The position numbers and the translations under genes are program-made. A DNA stretch of 64,000 nt from Gekko japonicus (lineage: Eukaryota). Where the stretch lies: assembly GCF_001447785.1 (NCBI RefSeq), contig NW_015160231.1:62001-126000 (forward strand), read 5' to 3'. Under the pieces are notes generated by a model. The model did no database searches and was not told the DNA's origin. It saw nothing but the letters and a program-made list of their open reading frames with translations. Below, in pieces: positions 1-12,123 of this stretch (positions are counted from its first letter, which is position 1; each line of letters begins with the position of its first letter).

Positions 1-1224
1 CTTTCTGTTTCCAAAGTGCAAGATTTATTATGATCCACCTACATTAATTTCTTTGCACTTCAATTATAAGTAGAGATGTGGAGAAATCTTTTGTCTGACT
101 TGTTGCCAGCCTTTTTGACTTCCGTCCATATCCCTCCAGCGCTTTCCAAATTTGCTTAAAGTTTTGCTTTAGGCAGAATTTTACAGCAACTCTCTTTTCC
201 AAGTTGTCTATTCTTCTGATCCTAGTTTAGTGAAAACGATAGACTCCCGGATGAAGGTCCTCTGATTTTCTTTCAGGTAGCTACACCAGATGGGTTTTGT
301 ACCCAGGGATAGGTACAGTGGGAAAAGGCTGCTAAGGATTTCCTCCATTATATGTATCTTTGTCCAGTCCAGTGTACTTTTATACTGATTTATGAGTACT
401 AAAATTCACTGAATATTATATGTGGGTTGTACCAAACAGAGAAGTATTTACACACTGGAAGGATCTTGCTGGATACCATTGAAATATTTGGGTCTCAAAA
501 CTGGGGCCCAAAGCCTACTAGTATCACCCAAAAGACCAGTAGGTTAGGAAGCCCATTTCAAGAACTTTCACTAAGGAATATCCACCAAGGAGTACAAGCA
601 ATCGGTTGCATGTCTGTGGAGCATCTCTGTCACCTGTCATATCCTTGACACCACTAAACTTTAGTGCAAAAGTATTTAAGTGAGACACTTGATATTTGAC
701 AAGAATTTATATGAGCAGGCTTGTGTGCATCCTGGTGGGATCCAATTTTTCAGGGGTTATTAACCTGGGAGCTGAGCTGATTTTGTGCAAGGTTTGCACC
801 TCTGTGATCTAGGACCTAAATGGAAGCTGTGTTGGTATGCAAACTCTAGAAACCAGGCAGAGGTTAAGAACGCTTTACATGTAACACTGGATTCACTGTG
901 TCATTGAAAACCAAGTGTAACTGAACCTAAGTACACAAAACCACCCTTCCTCACATTTATCTTTGCTATGGTTCTACTTCCTTCATACAATATTAAAATT
1001 AAGCTCCCTGGAGACAGGAGGCTGTCTTTTATATGTTTATAAAGCACGGTGATGCATCATGACTGTATTCTGGTAATGATGACAGCAATGATACATAGGA
1101 CACCATGGACATGACATGCCTCAGATCTGATGTCCAGACAGAATTGTCTTGTGGTGGTTCATATTGATTTTACCATTTTGTATAATTTGGCCCCCTTTTA
1201 ATGGTTTTGTAGATGTTGGTGGGC

Positions 1225-1370
1225 CCTATCCAGGATAGCCCAGGCTAGCCCAATCTTGCCAGGGTCAGCCCTGGTTAAGTACTTAGATGGGAGACTACCA
1301 AGGAAGTCCAGGGTTTGCGATTTAGAGGCAGGCAATGAAGAGTCATCATAAGTCAGCTATGACTGGATAG
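1225..1370 (+). mobile_element. 5S rRNA-derived SINE, degraded
   Basis: CAGGGTCAGCCCTGGTTAAGTACTTAGATGGGAGAC resembles the 5S internal control region; same family as 24345 and 56333. Confidence 0.7.
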
Positions 1371-3285
1371 TTTTTTAAAAAGACAGACACAAGAGAAGCT
1401 GTTGAAATCTCTCCTCCACAGCTGTTGAAGTTGCAGACTTTCTGTTTCCTTTTTTATATGGATATGGATGTTTGCAATTTCAGACTAACACGAGACTTCA
1501 CGATACCACCCTAGTCCAGTATGATGCACCTTCCTCCCCATTCTACATATTTATTTGCTGGCACAAGTGTTAGAATCGGGCCGTGAGCCAGTATGGTTCT
1601 TAAGCACAAGGTTAAGTATTGTTGGGACGTTCATCTGAACACAAAGGAACCCATGGAGGAGGCTCAGTGGAGACATAGCTGCTGGCCTCATTCCTGATCT
1701 CCACATGTTCAAGATCATGTTTGCATGCATCCTATGTATGCACATATATCTCGGTTCTTTTAGGTGCAATCCAGAATCCTCCATTTTCCTGGATACCTTC
1801 CCCATGGAAATACAGCTTGTGAGAGTTCTTGTTTGGAACAGAGTTCTAGAAACTTATTTTGGCTGGACATTTTGAAGAAACATAGAGAAATGTGTTTGTT
1901 TATTTTTTTAAAAATTGCTTTGTGCTGCTTTTGTGCAACAGTCCAGTATAGGCATTATATTTTATCTGGGGTTTTTTGTGTTTTTCTTTTAAACTCTAAA
2001 CAACAAGACTAGAATCAGTCTTAAAAGTATCTCAGCATGTTGTATCACAGATGAAGACAAAATAACAAACCTGCTGTCTTAATTCCATTTCTCAGTCTGC
2101 AAATTGAAAGCCTCTTAGACAAGGTTCTTAAACCACAAATTGATTTGCCAACTCTGGCTCTAAAATAAAGTGTAGGACTAATAGAACGTTAATGGGAAAT
2201 GGATAACACAGTGTGACCAGATCAATGGAAATGTAAAGGAAGACAAATTGTATTTAACTTTCCTCCCCCCCCAGCCAATCAACTCTTCCCTCATGTTTAG
2301 CCAATAAAGAATAAAATCACATGAATAACAATCAAGCAGGTTGAAAGGGCTCACCTCAACAGCCCCCACAACATTAATGCATTGGGGAGGGGGGAAGTTA
2401 GCTGAAGAAACAGCCGTGTCACCAGTATTTCCAAGGTGAATGAAAATGGAAGTTTTCAGTTCAGATCTGTGCCGTACCTTCTTGAGAAACCAAACTGTCC
2501 ATACAGTTAAGAATATGCTCAGAAAGCAGAAGGTGTGAGGGAAGATAAAGGTGTATTTAGACTGTGATATAGCAAATGTAACTGCAGGCTCTGGAAATCG
2601 TTTCCACCTTTGGTTTTATTTAGTTACTCAGTTGCTGTTCTCCAGTTGACTACTGGCCAATCCCGTCCCCCATGGAGTGAAAATCTATAGGCATGAGATA
2701 AGTACAGTGATTAAAGTAACTTCAGATTGAGGACGTTTGCTGATGCAGGGTAAAATACCGTCATAAAACGTTAAAAGATCTACATTAATTTGGACTAGAT
2801 TCCCACTAGACTCACCATCACATTTTTTAGGATGAGTCGCTTTGCCTTCACTTTGAAAATTGCTGCAGCCGATTTTGCCAGTCATTGTACCAAGGTATCG
2901 TGGTACTGCCACTGGAAGCAAGGTAGCTGTAAAAGGAGTCATTATTGCTGACTTTAATACTATCCCATGTTACTGTAACAGGGCCACAGGGTCTATCTTC
3001 TTCTGTGTTCCTTCAGGGTCCCTTTTTAAGTTTTCAGCTCATCCCAACAACAAAGCACTGATGGCTTTAAAATGGGAATTGCCTGGTTCATGCACTGGCT
3101 ACTACAGTTATAGTGACTGAAGGGTATATCCACATTCAGCAGCAGCAAGCCTCTGAAAGGAGGCAATATCAGGGAGGGCAGGGCCTTGGCCTCTGTTTTG
3201 GTGGCTGGAGATCTCCTGGCAGCTGATCTCCACCTGACAGAGATCAATTCAACTAGAGAAAATGGCTGATTTGGAGAGTGGACTC

Positions 3286-3896
3286 TGTAATGGGCATGGA
3301 TGAGGATGAGCTGACAGAGCCTGCAGAAACCACAGCTGGCCCCTCTGAAGCAGTAGAGGAGGATAGCTGGCAAGTGCCTATAACAGCAGTCTTCACACCT
3401 GACTCAGATAAGAAGGAAGAACTGCAAGCTAAAAGTCCTCCTGACTCACCCCCACGTGTGACTCATTTAAGGGAGCGACTACAGCAAAACTTAGCAACCA
3501 GGCAAAGAGAAGCCAGGCTACAAGGGAGACACTCAGTCAGCCCAGAGTTCTAACAGGAGCCTGACTGATCGTGCAGCTGGCTAATTGGTAGCAGCATTTA
3601 ACTCCACAGTCTGGGCAGTACCCTTCGTGGAAGCATCAAGTCAGCTTTGTGCTACTAGCATCCACTCTGGCTCGGCTCTTGCATCTAGACCTTCTGGACC
3701 CCCTGGCTTTGGACTTGACTCTGTGTTCCTGGCTCCTGATCCCAGCTTGGCTTTGGACTGCATTTCTGGTTAGTGATTTGGACTTGGCTATGTGTTTCTG
3801 GCTCCTGGCTTGGCTTTTTGGACTTTGCACTGTCTTCTTGGCTCCTGCCCTTGGCCTGTTCTAGACTCCCTTTGACTGGCACCCCAGCCCGTGACA
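3286..3896 (+). mobile_element. Solo LTR (Gypsy-like, 611 bp) nested in a TAGGGTTGCC-family MITE remnant (~3200-3996)
   Basis: TG...CA ends, terminal IR TGTAATGGGC/GCCCGTGACA, perfect 5-bp TSD GACTC (3281-3285, 3897-3901); MITE sequence resumes on both sides. Confidence 0.85.
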
Positions 3897-4384
3897 GACT
3901 CTGTGGTATTATACCTGGCTGAGGTCCCTCCCCTCCACCCCTAGGCTCCACCCCCAAAGTCTCCAGGTATTTCTCAACTTGGAGCTGGTAACCCTAGCCT
4001 CTATGCTGTATTTGTTGGCCCTCCAAGATAACTGGTTGGCCACTGTGTGAAACAATGTAGCAGACTAATATTCTTATGTCCTTTGGGGATAAATTTCCCC
4101 AGATCCCAGTGTCCCTTCCTGGCGCTATTTCTGCAGTGCTTCCAAACATGATCTACTGGAGGGTCCTGATCACTGATGCGTTAATTGTTGTTCTAGAAGA
4201 GGCTTTAAAGACCCCAGACTGCAACATGCAAAATGACCTATTCAATATGGTTGTCTGGCCTTCCATGTTAAGGTATGGATGCTTTCCAGTTGTAAATACT
4301 AGTGGCGAGAATGAACAAAGAATTTATTCAGAAAATATCTTTTTTAAACCACGCTGGCCTAGAGAATAAGCATATAATTATGTA

Positions 4385-4592
4385 TTTAGACATTTATACT
4401 CCTCTTTTTTCCCCAATGGGAACTCAAAGCCGCTTATAACATCATCCTCCCTCCTCACAACCCTGTGAAATAGGTTAGGTTGAGAGTGTGTGACTGGCCT
4501 ACGATCACCCAGTGAGCTTCTATGGCAGAGTGGGGATTCAAACCTGGGTCTCCCAGACCCTATTTAGGCAGTGTAACCACTATACCATGCTG
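4385..4592 (-). mobile_element. Older Squam3/MIR-type tRNA SINE
   Basis: Reverse complement of ...GGTATAGTGGTTA...TCTGGGAGACCCAGGTTTGAATCCCCACTCTGCC...CTCTCAACCTAACCTATTTCACAGGGTTG...; similar copies near 9200, 17290, 21660, 35470, 36330, 42000, 43620, 49575. Confidence 0.75.
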
Positions 4593-4736
4593 AGGGGGCA
4601 CTGTTGTCCAGATGTAACTGATGATCAAGGAGGAATATTCCTAGGATCCTACGAGGATTAGTGTTGTAAAAGAATACCACAGTATTATCAGTGGGTCACT
4701 CCATGGAGAACATGGCCACTGTGCACCAGCCTATAC

Positions 4737-5066
4737 TAGGCTTACCAAGTCCCCCCAGGGGGCGGGGAAACCCCCGCCCCAGAGGCCCGTTCCCAGCCGC
4801 TGGCGGATCGGGCCCCGGGGGGAACCCCACCCCGACGTGCACGTCACCCGGAAGTGACGTGATGACGCCGGGCACGCTGGGGGCGGGGCCACGGTCATCC
4901 GAGGGAAAACTCTGTTTTCCCCTCAGATGGTCGTGGCCATGCCCCCAGCGTGCCCGGCGGGGTCATGTCACTTCTGGGTGATGTGCATGCGGTGCGCGCT
5001 TTGCGCGCACTCCAGCCACCAGCCAGGAGTCCCCCGCTGTGGCTCAAAAAGCACTTGGCAACCCTA
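4737..5066. mobile_element. hAT (Blackjack-like) MITE, CpG-rich young copy
   Basis: TIRs TAGGCTTACCAAGT/ACTTGGCAACCCTA; perfect 8-bp TSD GCCTATAC (4729-4736, 5067-5074). Confidence 0.9.
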
Positions 5067-6021
5067 GCCTATACCAACTGTGAATCTGAGCCCTGGACTG
5101 GGTAAGTGAAGTTCTGCCAAACCTGCAGGTGACACAAGTACAAGGCAGCTGAACAAATGTGGCAGCATGTAAACAAAGCAGCATCCAGATGATTTCAAAA
5201 GATACCCTGGAGCTTTGGGACAGCATGGAAGGAAGCTTATAAAACAAATTATCCCGAGCCATGCTGCTCATCCTGCTGTGTGTGCTGAGTGACCTTTAAG
5301 GTTACCCAAACATCAGGTGGTCTGGATACTTGCATTGTATTCAAGCATGCCTGGTTACCGAACCCTCGTGATTGTAGGAAGCTGAGCGTAACCTTACAAT
5401 GGCATGTCAGCCAAAGGACAGCCCCGTGGCTTATTCTTTCCTGTTCCTCCATCCTCTATTACTGGCATGCAACTTGTGCTAAAAAGCAGGAAGAGATCAT
5501 CAACAGAATTTGGAGAAATAAGAGGGCACTTCCCCCCCAAAAAAAGTCGATAACAGTACAGTCCAATGCATGGGTGCTCCAGACTAAACCCACTGATTTC
5601 AACTGGAGTGTCTCCGTATACGATTGCACTGGAAACGTGGTAGTGACTGCAGATTTTCTGCTGAGACCTTTCTGAATGTGGGAGAAGAGGGGAAATGGAA
5701 AGTGCTGATAGATTAGAACATTCCCACCCTGCTCTTCCATCCTGCACAGGATTCCCATAACAGCTTAAGTATTTAAACGAAGTAAAACCACTCGAAAAGG
5801 AACACCATCAAACAAAAGCGGCAAGAAACACAGCTTGCAAGGCCAGCAGTACAGAAGCAGCAATCAATTAAATACAGTAGCAATCTGCAAAGAATACAAA
5901 GGTGCTCCCAGTGTTTGAACCCCAAATTACTATATTAAGCAATAATGGCAAAGAGGGGGCTAAACAAGTCAGGGTGTTCCCAAATCAGCACTGCTATGGG
6001 AAAAGCCATTCTTTTCTTTTG

Positions 6022-6350
6022 TAGGGTTGCCAAATTTTTAAAACGTACCGGCAGGGGAGCGTCCTGCCGGTCCGGGAGTTGTCTGAGGATGCGCGTGCGC
6101 ACTTTGCGCGCGTGTGCCACCAGAATGTCACCGGAAGTGACGTCATACGCTGGGCGGGGCCATGCCATTTGAGGGGAAAACAAAGAGTTTTCCCCTCAAA
6201 TGGCGTGGCCCCACCCCCAGCGTGCGACGTCACTTCCGGGTGACGCGCACGCTGGGGCGGAGTTCCCCCCGGGCCCCGATTCCCTGGCGTCAGGTAACGG
6301 GCCTCCGGGGCGGGGGGAATTCCGCCCTACCGGGGGGGTTGGCAGCCCTA
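6022..6350. mobile_element. hAT (Blackjack-like) MITE related to 4737, opposite orientation, internally palindromic
   Basis: TAGGGTTGCCAA...TTGGCAGCCCTA; internal IR centred on TTTGAGGGGAAAA/TTTTCCCCTCAAA; CCGGAAGTGACGTCA at 6131. Confidence 0.85.
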
Positions 6351-7623
6351 CTTTTTGGCTATCTACCATTATTTCGTGTAGGCACATAGACAAGAAGGCC
6401 TCAATGTCTGTGTAGGTCTCTGTGGGAAGTTGTCTATTTCTTTGCTTTCATTGCAAAGTTGCATATAGACATTCGTCTTGACTAAGGACCTCAACTGAAT
6501 AACCATATTCTCTTGCCAATGAATTTTTAATACACAAGATGAGATTGTCTTTCACATTTATTAATATATGGAGACTTAAGCCGAAGTGCCTTGGAACTGG
6601 ATGTATGAATATAACGCTGTTCTGAACTTACTGTGGCAGGTTCTTACAGGCACTACTACTAGAGATGAGTTGTTGAGGCTCCAGCAGAGATATCCACACT
6701 TGCAGGAGCCATTCTACCCACTCAGATAAAGAGTCTGTTCACCCCTCATTCCTTTTTAAAAGCATAGGTAGTGTGTGTGGGAGGGAGGGTGATATTGAAA
6801 CCTTTGTCATTCATGTGCCTCTCCAGGTGTTGAGCAGCTGGAATGTTCTGAACTACCAGTACAACATAAGGCCTTTTCATATATCTGTCTCTTCCACGGG
6901 ATCCTTTGAAAGTGCTCTTTTCAAACACAGTTTTGTTCCTAATGGAGTGTAGCATCTTTTGCACAATTACCATGAAACTATCTCATTAGAGACAGAAACT
7001 TTGGGGGCTGTGTCCTCATTTTGTTTTTGGACAAAAACAAAGTACAGTGGCTTCTGAAAGCTTCAAAATGGCTTCCCACCAACTTTCTCTAATTGCATGT
7101 GAGTGAGTCTGTTTCATTGTGTGGCTTCCCTGTACATGCCGTGGACTGCAAATCAGGTGTGAGTGGGAAAGGCAGGCCAAGGTCACATTTGAATTGTTCT
7201 CACCCTCAAGGAAGGGCATAAAAGAGCAGAGCAGAAGGTCACAGACTGCCTGTGCTTTCTTCTGGTGCGCCTGAACTTCCTTGCCTCCAGAACGGGCTTT
7301 TCTTCTCTGTCAGTTGGCCTTGCTTTTGCTGAAGCAGCAGTCATTTCTACCAAAAAACTGCAGTGTTAGTTGTAATCTGTAAATTTATGAAGTAGCACTT
7401 TATAACAGCTTGACATTATTAGTCGTTTGTGTTTTGATTCAGCCCTCAGTGCCAAGAATTGGGCAGAGGGAAGCAGGCAGTTTTGCGGCTTGAGCCACAG
7501 TGGGGCCTAGCATTTTGGAAAATGGCAGGGGAAACTAACTGTAGTTTGTTCATCACAGGTACGCACTCGCTCCATCCTTACCTTGTGCACCACACTGAGA
7601 TTTAAAATGTTCTCGTTTGGGTG

Positions 7624-8018
7624 TAGGGTTGCCAGGTCCTACCTGGCTGGTGGTCGGGGGCTCCCATGTTCTCTCCGGGATGTTCTGCCACATGCCCAAG
7701 GTACATGTGACATGATGACATCACCTGGAAGTGATGTCATTGCATCACTGACGTCAGGGTGATGCTCTAGTTTTTCGGCAAATCTCTATGGATCTTTTCC
7801 CTTCAAAACCATAGAGTTTGCCCCAAAACTAGAGCGTCACCCCTGACATCAGCGATGCAATGACATCACTTCTGGGTGATGTCATTGCATTGGGGACGTC
7901 GCATGGCAACGTTCCTGTTTGGGGGTGCGGTTTCCCCCACCGGCTAGCTGGCCGGCTACAGATCCAAACCCCTAAAAGCGAGGGAACCCCTGCTGGGACC
8001 TGGGGGCTGGGAACTCTA
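7624..8018. mobile_element. TAGGGTTGCC-family hAT MITE with internal palindrome
   Basis: TIR at the start; internal IR GATGCTCTAGTTTT...AAAACTAGAGCGTC; related copies near 13190, 14329, 20860-21270, 25385-25699, 29221, 32085-32462, 34670. Confidence 0.8.
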
Positions 8019-8593
8019 TTTGGGTAGGAAGCCTTCAGTCTAACTACAATCTTTGTGGGGTGACCCAAACAAATGGGGGTGGTTCAACAAATTTGTTTCT
8101 TGTCAAAAACCAGGATTCCGAATCCAGAGTTGGGGACCACACTTTGTTAAACCACACAATTCAGTTGTCACACAACAAATTACTGTGTTAGATATAGGAT
8201 GTCCTAAACCAGAAAGTCTTCCAATTCAGACTGAAGGCTTCCTAAATTAAAGAATGCATTTGTATTTTCTGCCATCTGCTTCTGATATATTTAAAGAAAT
8301 TCTTATTGTTTGCTTTAATATTATTGGCAATCCACTCCTCAGATTTTCTATCAAATTGGGGTTTTGTCAGAACTTGTGTTCGTTTTGCTCTCCTTGTTCA
8401 GGAATGTTCCTTGACTTGGGTCATTAATTGTGCAGGCATCCTCTGCTTAGTACCTTTTCTACCTTGAGGTATGCATTCTACCTGGGCTTCAATTAATGTG
8501 ATTTTAAATAACTTCCCAATTAATTCTTAGTATTTATACCTAGTCTTCCCATTCTGTTGTTCTTGAGATTGCATTGCAATGTGGAGAGACTTC

Positions 8594-8930
8594 ATCCTAT
8601 ATATATAAAAGCTCCAGCATATTGACACTTTCCAGCTTTCCCATTGGCTGTGCTGTGCACTCCATCAGCCATTGGCCCATCAACCGCCACTCAAGAGTAC
8701 TTGTGTGCCATTGGCTGGGTGTTGGGTCTGCGCCTCTCCCCCACCCTCTGCCAGCTTGGCCATTCCCTGTCTAAATAAGCTGCCAGAACTGCTGTGGGGC
8801 TCCCTTTCCCCTCAGTAGCTGTTGCTAGGCAACCAAGCTTGGTTCTGTCAGTAAAAAGGCAGGGGCAGGAGGCCCTTTCCAGGCCTACTTTGGCCTTTGT
8901 GGGGAACTCATTGGGGCCAGTCCTGACTAG
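8594..8930 (+). mobile_element. Possible non-autonomous Helitron-like element
   Basis: Starts A|TCCTATATATATAAAAG, has repeated CCATTGG motifs and ends near CTAG at 8927-8930; the 3' hairpin is not convincing. Confidence 0.3.
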
Positions 8931-9398
8931 GGTTGCCAGCTCCATGTTGGGAAATTCATGGAGATTGTGTGATGGAGTTTACAGTTTGGGGAGGGGAGAG
9001 GCCTCGGCTGAATAGAATGCCATTGAGTCCACCCTCCAAAGCAGTTATTTTCTCCAGGGGGAGAGAGATCTGTTATCTGGAGTTGGCTACCCTAGGCCTG
9101 GCAGTGCACTCTGGGTGATTTGATGACACCTGACTGACATGACAACTAGTCCTGGCTGCTCGCTCCTGTTCACCACCAGCAGCCCTCCCAAGGACAGCCA
9201 GTGTGGCATAGCAGTTAGCGCTTCAGACCAGGGTCTGCCAGACCCAGGTTCTTGCTGTGGAAGCTGAGTGAGTGATTTCAGACCAGTCACAGACTTTCAG
9301 CCTAACCTATCTCACAGGGTTGTTGTCCAGATCAAAAGAGGGCCATAGTGGCTGCTCGGTGATGTTATAGTGCAGGCGTTTAACCGCCACCGTCAATG

Positions 9399-9605
9399 TG
9401 TAATGTATTGAAAGTATTACATGAATCGCCTAATTCACCTCCCATGTTAAGCTTCGAGCCAGCCAAGGCATCCTTCCACCTCCTGAACGGCGACCAATCA
9501 CGGCAGGACTAATTCCCCGAGCGGGAAGAACTCTCATTGGTCCTTATCCGCACAACCCCATTGGTTGTTTAATGTAAATAGGCGTGGCTTCATTAGCCCG
9601 GGAAT
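9399..9605 (+). mobile_element. LTR 5' part truncated by an assembly gap; same family as 10435-10794
   Basis: Starts TGTAATGTATTGAAA and aligns by eye to the reverse complement of 10570-10794 (CCAAT boxes, GGCGTGGC, TAGCCCGGGAAT). Confidence 0.8.
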
Positions 9606-10145
9606 NNNNNNNNNNNNNNNNNNNNNNNNNNNNNNNNNNNNNNNNNNNNNNNNNNNNNNNNNNNNNNNNNNNNNNNNNNNNNNNNNNNNNNNNNNNNNNN
9701 NNNNNNNNNNNNNNNNNNNNNNNNNNNNNNNNNNNNNNNNNNNNNNNNNNNNNNNNNNNNNNNNNNNNNNNNNNNNNNNNNNNNNNNNNNNNNNNNNNNN
9801 NNNNNNNNNNNNNNNNNNNNNNNNNNNNNNNNNNNNNNNNNNNNNNNNNNNNNNNNNNNNNNNNNNNNNNNNNNNNNNNNNNNNNNNNNNNNNNNNNNNN
9901 NNNNNNNNNNNNNNNNNNNNNNNNNNNNNNNNNNNNNNNNNNNNNNNNNNNNNNNNNNNNNNNNNNNNNNNNNNNNNNNNNNNNNNNNNNNNNNNNNNNN
10001 NNNNNNNNNNNNNNNNNNNNNNNNNNNNNNNNNNNNNNNNNNNNNNNNNNNNNNNNNNNNNNNNNNNNNNNNNNNNNNNNNNNNNNNNNNNNNNNNNNNN
10101 NNNNNNNNNNNNNNNNNNNNNNNNNNNNNNNNNNNNNNNNNNNNN
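9606..10145. other. Assembly gap (N run)
   Basis: Ns. Confidence 1.
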
Positions 10146-10434
10146 AGCCTCTGAAGCATTAAATTATAATACTCTAGGACCTATTGTAGTGTAGTGAGTA
10201 AGGCTGAATTCAGATGTAATGACAAACAATTTTTTGTTGTTACACATGTAAACCTTATGCTTGGCTCCTGTACAGCACAAGTGGAGTTGTGAAGCGTTAT
10301 TAGTAAATTTCCCATCTCCCCTTCCTGTTGCAGTCATCTGTGTCCCCTAAAATTGTGCCTCCATGGGTGAGTAGCCCCCCAGGAGCATCATGGGGATTAA
10401 AGTGGAGGACTGTAGTGAGAAGAAGGAATAGGCC

Positions 10435-10794
10435 TGTTAGATCGCCGCTAACAAAGATCTGGAGAGTGATTTCAGCAAAAGTGAACAGCTTTATTGAATG
10501 TACGAACAAGCGCTTGAAAGAAGTCATAACCAGAACAAGTTAACATTGGGAGCTAGGCTCCTTTTAAACATTCCCGGGCTAACGTAGCCACGCCTCTGTA
10601 CAATAAACAACCAATGAGGTTGAACGGATAAAGTCCAATGAGAGTTCTTCCCTCGCAGGGACTAGGTGCAGTTCTGATTGGTCGCTGTTGAGGAGCGACC
10701 AATAGCACGTTAGCTTGGAGGAGCCTTCCTCTGGCTCGAGCTTAATATGGGGAGTCAATGCGGCGATTCATGTAAGCCGTTTCAATACACTACA
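10435..10794 (-). mobile_element. Solo LTR (360 bp)
   Basis: Minus strand reads TGTAGTG...CTAACA with several CCAAT/ATTGG boxes, TTTAAAA TATA-like box and AATAAA; 5-bp TSD AGGCC/AAGCC (1 mismatch). Confidence 0.85.
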
Positions 10795-11000
10795 AAGCCA
10801 AAACTGCGCTCTGTCTGTCTTCCATAAATGAAAAGGGAACTTAGTATCCAAGCCTTAGAAATCCTGAGGCTTGTGAGCTTTCTCATCCCCCCCCCAATCA
10901 TCTTCCTGTGCCTGACTCAAAGGCTTCCTGGCTTGGAGCAAGCATAGTCTGGAGCACTGGTTTGTGGTGACAATAAGCCATCATTTGTCATTCAGACACT

Positions 11001-11322
11001 GGCCCATTCTGCATCTAGCATTCACTCCGTTGTTTTACCAAACCCACACTGGAACAGAAAAAGATGCAGCTCAAAACCACATTAAAATACCCCGGGCCAA
11101 CGCCATACTGAGTGCAGAGTCACCCCTGAACGGCCATAAAACGGCCATAAATCTATGCAGACAGTGCCATAAAACTGAGAAATCAAAGGAAATAAAACCA
11201 ATATGCAGTATGGAGGGTTCAGTAAAATCCGACAATCAAAGAAAGTGAAAGTGTCATGCAGTGTAGAGGGGAATTTCTGTTCCAACGTGGGTTTGGTAAA
11301 ACAGCGGAGGTGCAGAATGGGC
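11001..11322. mobile_element. TIR MITE (PIF/Harbinger-like ends)
   Basis: GGCCCATTCTGCA...TTTTACCAAACCCACACTGGAACAGAAA pairs with TTTCTGTTCCAACGTGGGTTTGGTAAAA...TGCAGAATGGGCC. Confidence 0.6.
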
Positions 11323-11940
11323 CATAGTGGCAAAATGTGGTTTGTTACAAACCAGAGAACCTTCATGAGAAGAGGAAAACAGTTTACTCTCGCCGATGGA
11401 CTTTCAGGCCCCTTTCTCATAATGGCTCTCATATCAAGGAATTGTCTGTTCATATCTGAACTTAAGCTTTAAATTTACTAGATGGCCTATGGTATGCCAC
11501 TGTCGGTTAGCCTCAGCTTCACACCTGTAATATGGAGGAAATAATATTGGTCGCCCTTCTGAAATAATGCACGTGAAGCATTTGAATACTGTAAAATACT
11601 AAGGATTGTGGCTATGCATCTTAGTAAAGTATGGACTTCCTTAGAGATGGTGTGTACTTTTGGCATGTTGTCACAACACTTGCTTCTGTGGGAAGACTCA
11701 GCACCTATTCATGCCCAAAGTGACTGCTAGGGGTAGGAATCCCCACACACACACATTTGTCGCCATAGTACTTTGTGCAGGTCACATTCCTCTTGCTATT
11801 TTTATTTTTAAAAAGTCATACATTGATGAGGGCAACTTGTGTCATTTGTCACAATTCACATTGTCAATAGACTCAACTAGGTGGCCATGACACTTGCATT
11901 AAACACATTCTATGTGGTGATCACATGGCTGTGATGTGTG

Positions 11941-12123
11941 TGGGCTCTTTTTGTAGCAGGAACTCCTTTGCATATTAGGCGACACGCCCCCTAACGTAGC
12001 CAATCCTCCAAGAGCTTACAGAGCTCTTCTCACAGGGGCTACTGTAAGCTCTTGGAGGATTGGTTACATTAGGGGTGTGTCGCCTAATATGCAAAGGAGT
12101 TCCTGCTACAAAAAAGAGCCCTA
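11941..12123. mobile_element. Fully palindromic MITE (GGGCTCTTTTTGTAGCAGGAAC family)
   Basis: Near-perfect inverted arms of ~80 bp around a short loop; related copy at 34225-34408. Confidence 0.85.

Noticed and set aside
9565-10194. Long ORFs spanning N runs (also 33408-34440)
   Set aside because: Artefacts of translating Ns.
9399-10794. Single DIRS-like element with inverted terminal repeats
   Set aside because: The right repeat has TG..CA ends, a polyA signal and its own 5-bp TSD, and the arms are visibly diverged; solo LTRs fit better.
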